A stretch of DNA of 64,000 nt, taken from the sequence record NC_025447.1, one strand, 5' to 3'. Below are positions 55,314-63,907 of the stretch, in pieces; positions within the stretch are counted from its first letter, which is position 1; every line of letters begins with the position of its first letter. The position numbers and the translations under genes are program-made. The notes beneath the pieces are model-generated. The model was not told where the DNA came from. It did not search any database and worked only from the letters and a program-made list of their open reading frames with translations. This DNA comes from Escherichia phage 121Q.

Positions 55314-55898
55314 ATGCGTAACTATACTAAATTCATCCGTTCACTTCATGCAATGGAAACCAACAAAGAGATCCTTTCAGCTTGTCGGTTAGCTGGACTG
55401 GAGATCGTCGGTGCGGGTTCTTCCCGTATTGTATTCGCTTTAAATGATCGGTTAGTGATTAAGGTCGCGAATTGTGATGCGGGTGTAGAACAAAATGAAA
55501 CTGAATGTAAGGTATGGAATTTTTTAGATTATGACCGTCCGCACCTTAAACAGTTCTTTGCCAAGGTGCATATGCATTTATGCGATCCTGATAATCTGCT
55601 TATTGTTATGGATCGTTTGAGTACTGCAAGCAAAGGCAGTGTAAAGCACGTAACCGCATGTAATGAGTTAAAGTACAATATTAAACGTAACACTATTGAA
55701 CGCCATCACCATTTCGCTGATGCTCTCAATCACGTTGATGATACATTATCCACACTAACGATAAGAGATATCAGAAAACAGAATATCGGCCAGGATCGCA
55801 ACGGCTTGATTAAAGTACTTGATTACGGTTTAACCCGCAATATCTGGAATCAGTACTATAAAAAACGTGATGTTAACGCGATAACTATAACACGATAA
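55314..55898 (+). CDS. protein kinase-like protein
   Basis: GAGSSRIVF Gly-rich loop, VIKV lysine, RDIRKQN catalytic-loop-like and VLDYG motifs; SD AAGGAG. Confidence 0.6.
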   Translation: MRNYTKFIRSLHAMETNKEILSACRLAGLEIVGAGSSRIVFALNDRLVIKVANCDAGVEQNETECKVWNFLDYDRPHLKQFFAKVHMHLCDPDNLLIVMDRLSTASKGSVKHVTACNELKYNIKRNTIERHHHFADALNHVDDTLSTLTIRDIRKQNIGQDRNGLIKVLDYGLTRNIWNQYYKKRDVNAITITR

Positions 55899-55912
55899 AA
55901 AAGATTAAAAAA

Positions 55913-55938
55913 GGGATTGACTCCAGTCAGTCCCTTTG
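55913..55938 (+). terminator. intrinsic terminator, variant hairpin
   Basis: GGGATTGACTCCAGTCAGTCCC then TTTG. Confidence 0.65.
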
Positions 55939-55969
55939 CTATTATATATTCATTGAGAGATAACTCACT

Positions 55970-55983
55970 GACCCATAGGGTGC
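55970..55983 (+). repeat. dispersed element copy
   Basis: ACTGACCCATAGGGTGCGGAAGTGTATCTAT. Confidence 0.5.
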
Positions 55984-56122
55984 GGAAGTGTATCTATTAT
56001 ATAAGTATTCAGTACTGAAAACTATTTTATAAAAAGTACTTGCAAACTATCTCAATGAGCGTATAATGTTTTATATCGAGAGGGGGAAATGGTTCTCCCT
56101 GGTACTAAAAGGAATCAAGACG

Positions 56123-56344
56123 ATGGCTACTATGACCTGCGTTCACGCTTCAAATCTTCTGAATGATGCAGCATTTAAAGCAGGTGAAGAATATCAATGC
56201 TATCGGGATGAAAATAAAAAAGTTTTCGTCGTTGATGCTAACGGTTTCCATATTGAATTGCAATCCGGTTTCACTGGCATTGATGGTAAATCTGTATGGG
56301 GCGTCCAGGACGATAACGGCACATATCATTTTAAACGTAATTAA
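56123..56344 (+). CDS. hypothetical protein
   Basis: ATG 56123 after promoter, GGGGGAAATGGTTCTCCC stem-loop and SD AAGGAA. Confidence 0.6.
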   Translation: MATMTCVHASNLLNDAAFKAGEEYQCYRDENKKVFVVDANGFHIELQSGFTGIDGKSVWGVQDDNGTYHFKRN

Positions 56345-56347
56345 GTA

Positions 56348-56375
56348 TTGACAAAGTATATCAGTACTGTATAAT
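56348..56375 (+). promoter_or_regulatory. sigma70-like early promoter TTGACA-N16-TATAAT plus stem-loop
   Basis: TTGACA 56348, TATAAT 56370, GGGGAGAATAGTTCTCCCC hairpin. Confidence 0.65.
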
Positions 56376-56428
56376 AGTTTACATCAAGGGGAGAATAGTT
56401 CTCCCCACCAATAAAAGGAAACAAAATT

Positions 56429-56701
56429 ATGTCCAGCTACTCCGCTACTATGATTATTAAAGATATGAACGGTAATCCTACTTCTGCTGGTGGATCATTT
56501 GGTAACATTAATTTAGATGGGCGGTTATCAATTGAATCAGCCATCAATGCAGCGAAAGAAGTTTTTAAGAATGAATGTACTGTAAGCAAGCTGGATTATA
56601 TGGGCTTCGCTATCGAGAAAACTAATCGTTTTGTGGACTACAAAAAACCACTGATGATTGATACTAACCTGAAAGCAAACGAAGTGGAATACTTATTATG
56701 A
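56429..56701 (+). CDS. hypothetical protein
   Basis: 90-aa ORF, SD AAGGAAA. Confidence 0.6.
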   Translation: MSSYSATMIIKDMNGNPTSAGGSFGNINLDGRLSIESAINAAKEVFKNECTVSKLDYMGFAIEKTNRFVDYKKPLMIDTNLKANEVEYLL

Positions 56702-56889
56702 CAGTAGAAGAAGTTAAAAAAGTACTGGCAGTACTACGCTATCATAATCATTGTAAGGTGAAGAATGATCCTGATTATCTTGATTCATCGCTGGAAGAGG
56801 ATACACTACAAGCAATAAGCCATATGCAAAAAATGCTTAAGCGTATGACCGAAAAGAACAGGCCGGACTATATCGGAAATAAAATTTAA
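56698..56889 (+). CDS. hypothetical protein
   Basis: 63-aa ORF overlapping upstream stop. Confidence 0.55.
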   Translation: MTVEEVKKVLAVLRYHNHCKVKNDPDYLDSSLEEDTLQAISHMQKMLKRMTEKNRPDYIGNKI

Positions 56890-56972
56890 AAAGTACTTGC
56901 ATTGTAAGTAAAACAAAGTATAATGTTTTACATAGGGGGAGATATCCTCCCCCACTAATAAGGAGTACTAAA

Positions 56973-57197
56973 ATGGCTAACTTTGATGAACTGATGCGGG
57001 AAGTAGCTACCCTGGCAGAAGAGAAGAAATCATTTGATTCTATCTATAACACCGCTTACAGTGATTCAGTACTGGCATGTACTCAGGATCAAAAAGATGA
57101 ACTGATCGCCACCTATCATGAAGCATGGAAGTATTACCGCCAATGGGAGAAAGAAGAAAGCGAGTCTACCATCAACGGCATCAATAATCTAATCTAA
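56973..57197 (+). CDS. hypothetical protein
   Basis: promoter, GGGGGAGATATCCTCCCCC stem-loop, SD AAGGAG. Confidence 0.6.
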   Translation: MANFDELMREVATLAEEKKSFDSIYNTAYSDSVLACTQDQKDELIATYHEAWKYYRQWEKEESESTINGINNLI

Positions 57198-57271
57198 AGT
57201 TTTATTTCAGTACTATTGACAATGCGTGATAGTACTGATGTGATAACTTTACTAACTAAAGGGGAAACATA

Positions 57272-57529
57272 ATGGAACAGTTCACACAATATCGGGTAAA
57301 TCCTCAAGCTATGGCCTACGTAGAAGACCATAAAACGTTACCAGTACTAACACCAATTAAAGGCCATATCTATCGTGCTATGCAGTGGAATAACGCCTAT
57401 AATGGCTATAAAGCGGTATCCGCTGCAATGTACTTAGGGGATGGCGAATGGTTTGATCCAAATAATCCTGGTGCACTCGATAGTACTGAAAAAATGACAT
57501 GGGCCGACTATATCGAAGATATCTCATAA
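57272..57529 (+). CDS. hypothetical protein
   Basis: 85-aa ORF behind TATTGACA...GATGTGATAACT promoter-like block. Confidence 0.55.
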   Translation: MEQFTQYRVNPQAMAYVEDHKTLPVLTPIKGHIYRAMQWNNAYNGYKAVSAAMYLGDGEWFDPNNPGALDSTEKMTWADYIEDIS

Positions 57530-57617
57530 AAACTATTTGACAGTACTACAAGATAATGTATAATGTTTTACATAGAGCGGGGGAATAGTTCTCCCGCACC
57601 TTTAGGAGTAAAACATT

Positions 57618-57818
57618 ATGTCAATCGCTAACGAATTGGTTGCAGTACTGAATGAAGCAAAAGCCAACTGCATCGATGTACAGATCAAAGAGCTTGGCAA
57701 TGGCTTGATCGGCTGTACTTGTACAGTGCAAACGGCTACCGATTATCGGGAAGTGGAATCACTCGAATCACTGGTACGGTATATTAAAATCCTGGTAGAA
57801 GATTGGAGAATCATCTAA
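57618..57818 (+). CDS. hypothetical protein
   Basis: promoter, GCGGGGGAATAGTTCTCCCGC stem-loop, SD TAGGAG. Confidence 0.6.
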   Translation: MSIANELVAVLNEAKANCIDVQIKELGNGLIGCTCTVQTATDYREVESLESLVRYIKILVEDWRII

Positions 57819-57837
57819 CAAAAAAGAATAAAAAAAG

Positions 57838-57863
57838 GGATTGACTCCGGTCAGTCCCTTTGC
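57838..57863 (+). terminator. intrinsic terminator, UCCG-loop variant
   Basis: GGGATTGACTCCGGTCAGTCCC then TTTG. Confidence 0.7.
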
Positions 57864-57889
57864 TATTATATACGCATAGACAAAAACTA

Positions 57890-57903
57890 GCCCACTGGGT
57901 GCA
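57890..57903 (+). repeat. dispersed element copy
   Basis: ACTAGCCCACTGGGTGCAGAGAAGTATCTGT. Confidence 0.5.
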
Positions 57904-58074
57904 GAGAAGTATCTGTAAGATAGTTAATAACGGTGAGTAACTATCTGCTGGTGGATGTAATTCCAGTACTCAAAACTATTTCAAAAAAGTATTGACAAAG
58001 TATAGCAGTACTGAGATAATGTATCTCGTAGGGCGGCAATAGTGCAGCCCACCTCCAAAAGAGCGAGATATAAA

Positions 58075-58290
58075 ATGGCGTTAACCAAACAAGAAATTAT
58101 CGACCGTATCAAAGAGTCAACTGGCTGGTATGTTGGGGACCGTTTAATTGTTAAAGTTCTCGATTATTCAAATAATCCTCTTGCACCGGAACCAGTGGCA
58201 TACAAATTATCCTGGATATCTGCGTTTAGCGGTAAGCGTGAAAGATGTGTGTACTATCCGAACACCGTCGGGCTACAGTTCTGTAAATAA
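58075..58290 (+). CDS. hypothetical protein
   Basis: ATG 58075 after TTGACA promoter and SD AGAGCGAGA; track start 58042 lies in the leader. Confidence 0.55.
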   Translation: MALTKQEIIDRIKESTGWYVGDRLIVKVLDYSNNPLAPEPVAYKLSWISAFSGKRERCVYYPNTVGLQFCK

Positions 58291-58390
58291 ATTTTAATAG
58301 AAAAAGTATTGACAAAGTATATCAGTACTGCAATAATGTATCTCGTAGGGCGGCAATGGTGCGACGGCCCACAAAGTTAGGAGATTCAAA

Positions 58391-58717
58391 ATGAGTACTT
58401 CAATCGCTATCGTTAAAGCTTTCATCCGTACCAATTTCGACCGCATTACTGTTGATGGTAATGATCGGGAAGTAGAATACTCTTTCATTGTTGCACAAAC
58501 CGCAAACGGTGCACGCTATATCTTAAATGACAGTGAAGCTAACCACTACTTCTATAATAAAGGATTACACTACATCCCTAGCGAAGTAGTCTACACTAAG
58601 ATGAATAAGCTGGTAGACAAGATTAACGCTAAAGGTACTATCGATTTACAGTACTGGAGCGAAACCGAACCAGAATACGGATCACATCGTTACCTGAATC
58701 CAGGAATTAAAATGTAA
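58391..58717 (+). CDS. hypothetical protein
   Basis: 108-aa ORF, SD TAGGAG, behind duplicated promoter. Confidence 0.6.
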   Translation: MSTSIAIVKAFIRTNFDRITVDGNDREVEYSFIVAQTANGARYILNDSEANHYFYNKGLHYIPSEVVYTKMNKLVDKINAKGTIDLQYWSETEPEYGSHRYLNPGIKM

Positions 58718-58806
58718 AAAGTACTTGCATTGTACTTAGAATCAAGTATAATGTTTTACATAGAGAGGGGGAAATGGTTCTCCCTCCTAAATTAAGGAGT
58801 TTTATC

Positions 58807-59208
58807 ATGACCTTCTCAATCACTTCCTTCGCTGACGTTTTAGTACTGGCTCGGACTTTTGGTAAAGATGCACTGGAGTACGCTGTAAGTAATGGCACTC
58901 TCCAACCGGAACAATGCCGCATCATTGGAAACTGTAAACGTTGGGCGGTATCCAATACTATTGCACTAGAAAACTTCAACGATGGTAACAATGAGTATTC
59001 AGTTGATGCAGTATTCGAAGCCGTTGATCTTGGCGGTATCTATAACACTAACCTAAATGATGTGCGTATCGTTCGCACGGGGTTCGGTGCTTATGATGTA
59101 TCTATCCGTGAAGCTATGAACACCGGATACATTAGTAAGGACTTACTTGCTCACATCATGCAGCTATGGACGGAACGTAACGAAGCACGCACTATCTTAG
59201 GACTATAA
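58807..59208 (+). CDS. hypothetical protein
   Basis: ATG 58807 after promoter, GAGGGGGAAATGGTTCTCCCTC stem-loop and SD AAGGAG. Confidence 0.6.
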   Translation: MTFSITSFADVLVLARTFGKDALEYAVSNGTLQPEQCRIIGNCKRWAVSNTIALENFNDGNNEYSVDAVFEAVDLGGIYNTNLNDVRIVRTGFGAYDVSIREAMNTGYISKDLLAHIMQLWTERNEARTILGL

Positions 59209-59276
59209 GCATTACACATCACCAAACATCATAGGCCGCTCTCTAGCGGCCTTAACTATATCAGGAGTACATACAT

Positions 59277-59486
59277 ATGTTCTATACAGTATACAGCGTT
59301 CTAGGTACTATTGCTGGCGTACATGATAACGTCGCTGATGCTATGCGTACAGTACTAACACAAGTCCCCCTCAAGCCTAAGACTGTTAAGCAGATGACAG
59401 CTAGACTTACCAGGGCTGGCGATGGCGTGGAAGTATGGCAGGACTACGGGGATACACAGATAATCGTTAGCGTAACGAAGGATTAA
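59277..59486 (+). CDS. hypothetical protein
   Basis: 69-aa ORF, SD CAGGAG. Confidence 0.55.
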   Translation: MFYTVYSVLGTIAGVHDNVADAMRTVLTQVPLKPKTVKQMTARLTRAGDGVEVWQDYGDTQIIVSVTKD

Positions 59487-59514
59487 TGCGTAAAGGGATC
59501 TAGTACTGATTCAG

Positions 59515-59580
59515 AAAAAAGTCAAGGCGTTTTTAAAATTATGCGTTAAAAAAATGCATAGGTAATCCCTTGACTTTTTT
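59515..59580. repeat. inverted repeat AAAAAAGTCAAGG ... CCTTGACTTTTTT
   Basis: 13-nt arms separated by about 40 nt, upstream of second tandem array. Confidence 0.5.
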
Positions 59581-59677
59581 GAAATAAAAGGGATTGGACT
59601 ATGGCAAAATGCGTGGGGGGCTAAAGTGCGGGTAACCTTAGCGACTTCGATAAAGGGGTATTACGAATAAAATGTTA

Positions 59678-59705
59678 TTGACTTTTTATACAATTCATAT
59701 ATTAT
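59678..59705 (+). promoter_or_regulatory. sigma70-like promoter TTGACT-N16-TATTAT for T array
   Basis: TTGACT 59678, TATTAT 59700, SD AGGGAG before ATG 59736. Confidence 0.5.
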
Positions 59706-59735
59706 ATGATTGATATTATTTTCAAGGGAGTCCCT

Positions 59736-59933
59736 ATGCGTATTTTAACTCAAGCAGAACACCACGAAAGACTTATCAATAACATGGCTATGATAATGTA
59801 TAAGTCACATGAACGTGGTATTGCCTATAAGCGTGAATTAATTATGGCACTATTCATTGGAACTAACTTTCAGGAAAGGTATGTCAAGGATTGGATTTGG
59901 TATTTAATTGAAGATGTAACGAGTAAACTATGA
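59736..59933 (+). CDS. T-array small protein
   Basis: start MRILTQAEHH with SD AGGGAG (track start 59706 lies in the promoter); FIGTNFQERYV motif. Confidence 0.6.
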   Translation: MRILTQAEHHERLINNMAMIMYKSHERGIAYKRELIMALFIGTNFQERYVKDWIWYLIEDVTSKL

Positions 59934-60130
59934 AAATGCGTAAATTAACCGAAAAAGAATATCAAGCACTGTTACGTAAAAACTTCACAAAGATTTATAA
60001 TACAGACTCACACGTAGAACGAATGGAGTTATACCTTTTGATTACATTGGGAACTAACTATCAGGATGCATGGGTAACGAAATATGTGGATACATTGAAA
60101 AATGAAATTTTGTCCACGAGGAAACAATGA
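59930..60130 (+). CDS. T-array small protein
   Basis: LGTNYQDAWV motif; ATGA overlap with neighbour. Confidence 0.6.
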   Translation: MKMRKLTEKEYQALLRKNFTKIYNTDSHVERMELYLLITLGTNYQDAWVTKYVDTLKNEILSTRKQ

Positions 60131-60183
60131 AAACTATAACACGAACCCAATCATTCGGACTTATCTTGTAATACATGGACTTA

Positions 60184-60336
60184 ATGGTGGATATCAGCAA
60201 AGACCTGCCTAAAACTGCAATTGAAGTTGCAAGAGCAGAGATCCGCATGTTGGCTGTACTGAACACAAACCATCAGGAAGAGTATGTTGACGATTGGATT
60301 CGATTTTTAATAGAAGATATTAAGAGTAAACTATGA
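60184..60336 (+). CDS. T-array member, truncated or disrupted
   Basis: 50-aa ORF with LNTNHQEEYV motif; a 14-aa stub ORF (60127-60171) precedes it. Confidence 0.4.
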   Translation: MVDISKDLPKTAIEVARAEIRMLAVLNTNHQEEYVDDWIRFLIEDIKSKL

Positions 60337-60545
60337 TTATATTAACACCTGAAGAATATAAGAAACGTTTTAAATCTGTCCAGGCTGAAATATTACTTAT
60401 ATACCTTTCAAATGCAGATCTTAACTTATCAAGGGTAATGGAGAAGGATTTACTTATGGGTGCATTTTTGGATACAGACTTTCAGGAGTATTATGTAGGG
60501 GAATACTTTATTGCACTTCAGAACCACATTAAGAGTAAACTATGA
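60333..60545 (+). CDS. T-array small protein
   Basis: LDTDFQEYYV motif; C-term IKSKL. Confidence 0.6.
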   Translation: MIILTPEEYKKRFKSVQAEILLIYLSNADLNLSRVMEKDLLMGAFLDTDFQEYYVGEYFIALQNHIKSKL

Positions 60546-60757
60546 TTATTCTAGAAAAATCATATCAATATACTGAACGCATCGCTGCCAGACAACTTGA
60601 AATCCTCATAATATACGAAGATACTTCTGATTTAAACTTAGCTGAGGTATTGGAAAATGAAATACTTTTGGGTGCATTCTTGGGAACAGACTATCAGGAG
60701 TATTATGAGGAAAAGTATTTGTCATCTCTTGAGAAATACATCAGGAGCAAATTATGA
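60542..60757 (+). CDS. T-array small protein
   Basis: LGTDYQEYY motif; C-term IRSKL. Confidence 0.6.
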   Translation: MIILEKSYQYTERIAARQLEILIIYEDTSDLNLAEVLENEILLGAFLGTDYQEYYEEKYLSSLEKYIRSKL

Positions 60758-60990
60758 AAGTCATTACTGACTTTGAATATAAGGCTCGCTCAGTGAGTGC
60801 AGCGAAGAAAGAGAACACCATCTACCTCACGATGCAAGACATAGAATGGGATAAAATTGAAGAGATGGTTGCTGAAGTATGGCTTGACGCGTTCATGGAT
60901 ACACAGTATCAAAATACGTTCATAGGTAAGTATCTAAATGTTATTATGAAGCACATAGAAAGGAAATCAGCAAATGCGTCACTTAAATGA
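60754..60990 (+). CDS. T-array small protein
   Basis: MDTQYQNTF motif. Confidence 0.6.
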   Translation: MKVITDFEYKARSVSAAKKENTIYLTMQDIEWDKIEEMVAEVWLDAFMDTQYQNTFIGKYLNVIMKHIERKSANASLK

Positions 60991-61231
60991 TGATGAATAT
61001 TCAAAAAGAGTCAAAAAACTTACTCCGAATGCAAGACTAATCTACGATGACGGTGAACTTTCATGGAACGAGATGAAAGTGAAAGTTCATGAGCTATGGT
61101 TGCTGTACTTTATTGGGACTCAATATCAAGAGAAATATTGCACAGACTTCATAGAACAACTAATGGAACTTATACAGGAAAAAGTAAATGAAAGCATCAT
61201 CGCAAAATATAAAAACTTTATCAAGCACTGA
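60974..61231 (+). CDS. T-array small protein
   Basis: IGTQYQEKY motif. Confidence 0.6.
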   Translation: MRHLNDDEYSKRVKKLTPNARLIYDDGELSWNEMKVKVHELWLLYFIGTQYQEKYCTDFIEQLMELIQEKVNESIIAKYKNFIKH

Positions 61232-61460
61232 GTATCAAACTGCCCTCTTCTCCCTTCTAAACACTCTCCGCACGAACAATAAACTTTATAATTCCCGTGA
61301 AGCTGATATCGTCAACGGTGATGTGTTTCTTATGAAATTTATAGGAACGAACTATCAAGAAATGTTTGTTCTACGATACATCTCTGCACTGAGAAATCAA
61401 GTTCAAGAAAAAACCCGCCAAGCCCAAAGAGAATGGAAGAGACAATGCAACAAAGACTAA
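61188..61460 (+). CDS. T-array small protein
   Basis: IGTNYQEMF motif; overlaps upstream gene by 44 nt. Confidence 0.55.
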   Translation: MKASSQNIKTLSSTEYQTALFSLLNTLRTNNKLYNSREADIVNGDVFLMKFIGTNYQEMFVLRYISALRNQVQEKTRQAQREWKRQCNKD

Positions 61461-61696
61461 ATCACAAAATGTATTTTAAACTATTACAGAATCTGGGACA
61501 AAAACACTATGATACAGTATCTGAAATATTACCCTATGATATCATGCGTTTAATTCATAGTGAGGCAGAGATGCTTGTACTGATGACAGGCACTGATAAA
61601 ACAGCAATTACCAAATCTATAGATATGTTCATCGATGCACACTGCCAACACATTAGAACCGAGATATGGAGACGTGAGAATGAAAATCCTGACTGA
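61445..61696 (+). CDS. T-array small protein (divergent)
   Basis: MTGTDKTAI in place of the GTNYQ motif; start could be 61433 or 61445. Confidence 0.5.
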   Translation: MQQRLNHKMYFKLLQNLGQKHYDTVSEILPYDIMRLIHSEAEMLVLMTGTDKTAITKSIDMFIDAHCQHIRTEIWRRENENPD

Positions 61697-61895
61697 GCAT
61701 GAGTATTACAATAGGTTAAGAACTATACAAGGAAAAGTCTCGTGGACTTTTTTAGATAATTCTATTGCAGAAGCGGACCGATGTGTTATAATAGCTGAAA
61801 TGAAGCTATTACTCTTCATTGGGACAAACTATCAAAGTATCTACATAGACGCATGGTTAAGCAGCTTACGTCTGAAGTCGGTGAGTTTAAAATGA
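61680..61895 (+). CDS. T-array small protein
   Basis: start MKILTEHEY; IGTNYQSIY motif. Confidence 0.6.
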   Translation: MKILTEHEYYNRLRTIQGKVSWTFLDNSIAEADRCVIIAEMKLLLFIGTNYQSIYIDAWLSSLRLKSVSLK

Positions 61896-62110
61896 GAAAA
61901 TTAATAGGTTTCGAATATGTTAAGCTTCTACAAACCTGTGGAATCAGAAGGAGAATGATTCAAAAGGATAAAAGAATTGCCGAAGAACGAAAGTATATAA
62001 TGATAACTGAACTTTATGTCTTAACACTCTTAGGCACAAACTATCAACACACTTATGTAGACCTATGGATCGATGCACTACAGAAAGAGGTTAAAAGTAA
62101 ATGCAAATGA
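61892..62110 (+). CDS. T-array small protein
   Basis: start MRKLIGFEY; LGTNYQHTY motif. Confidence 0.6.
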   Translation: MRKLIGFEYVKLLQTCGIRRRMIQKDKRIAEERKYIMITELYVLTLLGTNYQHTYVDLWIDALQKEVKSKCK

Positions 62111-62331
62111 TTATTTTAACTTACATTGAATATCAAAAACGTTTAAATGCATCCAGAGACATAAGGATTCAAATATTCAATAACAAAAGATTGAAGCCTG
62201 ATATCAGGAAAATCAAAATCATAGAAGCAGAGTTGTGCAACTTTCTAGGGACGAACTATCAGGCAGGTAAGGTAGAAAACTATCTTATAGAACTCATGAA
62301 TAGTATTGAAAATAAATGTAAGGGTAATTAA
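62101..62331 (+). CDS. T-array small protein
   Basis: LGTNYQAGK motif. Confidence 0.6.
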   Translation: MQMIILTYIEYQKRLNASRDIRIQIFNNKRLKPDIRKIKIIEAELCNFLGTNYQAGKVENYLIELMNSIENKCKGN

Positions 62332-62332
62332 C

Positions 62333-62599
62333 ATGAAAATGATCAATTTAAGTAAAGATGAATATAACGAGCGACGTGCAAAAATCTCAACTAAACGCAC
62401 CGAAATCTATTACAGCGAAGAAATCAAACACGACAAGAAGATGATTATGATACGTGAGTTGATAATGGGTGCTATGCTAGGAACTAACTATCAAGAACAA
62501 GAGGTACAACTCGTATTAAATGAATTACTAATGGAAATCAGAGGTAAGCTGTACTTTCATCAAATGACCCGCCCACTAAGGTGTACTAGGAATGATTAA
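62333..62599 (+). CDS. T-array small protein
   Basis: start MKMINLSKDEY; LGTNYQEQE motif. Confidence 0.6.
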   Translation: MKMINLSKDEYNERRAKISTKRTEIYYSEEIKHDKKMIMIRELIMGAMLGTNYQEQEVQLVLNELLMEIRGKLYFHQMTRPLRCTRND

Positions 62600-62807
62600 C
62601 ATCACATTACAAGAAAGGTTCATACGCATCAACTATGCAATTTCCAAATTAGATGCTACAATAGGATTTCAAAGTCTACCATTCAAAACAAGAATGATAT
62701 TAGAGTGTGAAGCCAAGTTAGGTGTACTGTTAGGGACGCAACACCAACAACGATATGTGGAAATCTGGATTGACCTTTTAACCCAAAATATATATGAGAG
62801 AATGTAA
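62592..62807 (+). CDS. T-array small protein
   Basis: LGTQHQQRY motif. Confidence 0.6.
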   Translation: MINITLQERFIRINYAISKLDATIGFQSLPFKTRMILECEAKLGVLLGTQHQQRYVEIWIDLLTQNIYERM

Positions 62808-63044
62808 ATGCAAAATGAAATGATATACTTAACACCTGCTGAGTTAACAGAAAGACTAGTTAAATCCAGAAGATATACAAATCAACTTCCTCACAACCCA
62901 AACCAGACCCCAGCCGAAAGGAGTGCAGAAGTTTTATTCCAATCACTACCATACCTTCTTGGAACTAATAGACAAGAGTATCATATCGAACGTATAATTA
63001 AATATCTTAAAATTACTATTAAGGAAAAAGTAAATGCAAAATGA
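62808..63044 (+). CDS. T-array small protein
   Basis: LGTNRQEYH motif; near-duplicate of next gene. Confidence 0.65.
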   Translation: MQNEMIYLTPAELTERLVKSRRYTNQLPHNPNQTPAERSAEVLFQSLPYLLGTNRQEYHIERIIKYLKITIKEKVNAK

Positions 63045-63279
63045 AATGATATACTTAACATATAATGAATACGTCGAGAGATTAGTTAGTGCCAAGAGAT
63101 ATGCCAATCAACTTCCTAATGATCCAAACCAAACCCCAGAGGAAAAGAATGCGGAAGCTCTATTCCAAGCACTACCATACCTTCTTGGAACTGATAGGCA
63201 GGAGTATCACGTTGAACGTATAATTAAATCTCTTAAAATCACTATTAAGGAAAAGATACATGAAACACTTGACAGATGA
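63034..63279 (+). CDS. T-array small protein
   Basis: LGTDRQEYH motif; near-duplicate of previous gene. Confidence 0.65.
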   Translation: MQNEMIYLTYNEYVERLVSAKRYANQLPNDPNQTPEEKNAEALFQALPYLLGTDRQEYHVERIIKSLKITIKEKIHETLDR

Positions 63280-63490
63280 TGAACATGGGCTTATAGTAAT
63301 GGATGTAATCAACATCGAATACAAAAAGTTGATACGCTACCGTTGTTATGAAGATAAGCAACTAGTTCTAGCAGAACAGAAGTTGTTTCGACTCTTAAAC
63401 ACAAACTACCAAGCACAATACGAAGAATCGTATATGTACCTTTTGGCGAGGAAAGCAAAAAGAGATTATGAAAATTTTAAGCAAAGGTGA
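63260..63490 (+). CDS. T-array small protein
   Basis: LNTNYQAQY motif. Confidence 0.6.
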   Translation: MKHLTDDEHGLIVMDVINIEYKKLIRYRCYEDKQLVLAEQKLFRLLNTNYQAQYEESYMYLLARKAKRDYENFKQR

Positions 63491-63689
63491 TTCAGTAATA
63501 TTACTTATAGAGAGTTCAAGTAAATTCTTAAACATAACACTGTCTGATATAGATGAAGATGATAAAGAAGTACTGAGAGCAGATTTAAGAGTACTGTTAC
63601 ATCTCGGAACAAACCTACAAGAAGAATATGTAGAGTGCTACATCAATGAACTTAAAGAATCAGTACTGAGAAGATGCAAATGCAAATGA
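63468..63689 (+). CDS. T-array small protein
   Basis: LGTNLQEEY motif. Confidence 0.6.
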   Translation: MKILSKGDSVILLIESSSKFLNITLSDIDEDDKEVLRADLRVLLHLGTNLQEEYVECYINELKESVLRRCKCK

Positions 63690-63907
63690 AAATGATTACC
63701 GACGAAGAATACCTAACAATTATAAATGGATTGTTTTTGAAGTTGTTTGTTATTAACACATCAGATATACCAGATATGGATAAAATTATTAAGAGAAATG
63801 AAATCTATGTTCTAGCTACCCTGGGAACTAACTATCAAGAATACGATATTAATGATTATATTAATACACTTAAACGAGCGATTGAACTAAAATGCCAAAA
63901 CCACTAG
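63674..63907 (+). CDS. T-array small protein
   Basis: LGTNYQEYD motif. Confidence 0.6.
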   Translation: MQMQMKMITDEEYLTIINGLFLKLFVINTSDIPDMDKIIKRNEIYVLATLGTNYQEYDINDYINTLKRAIELKCQNH

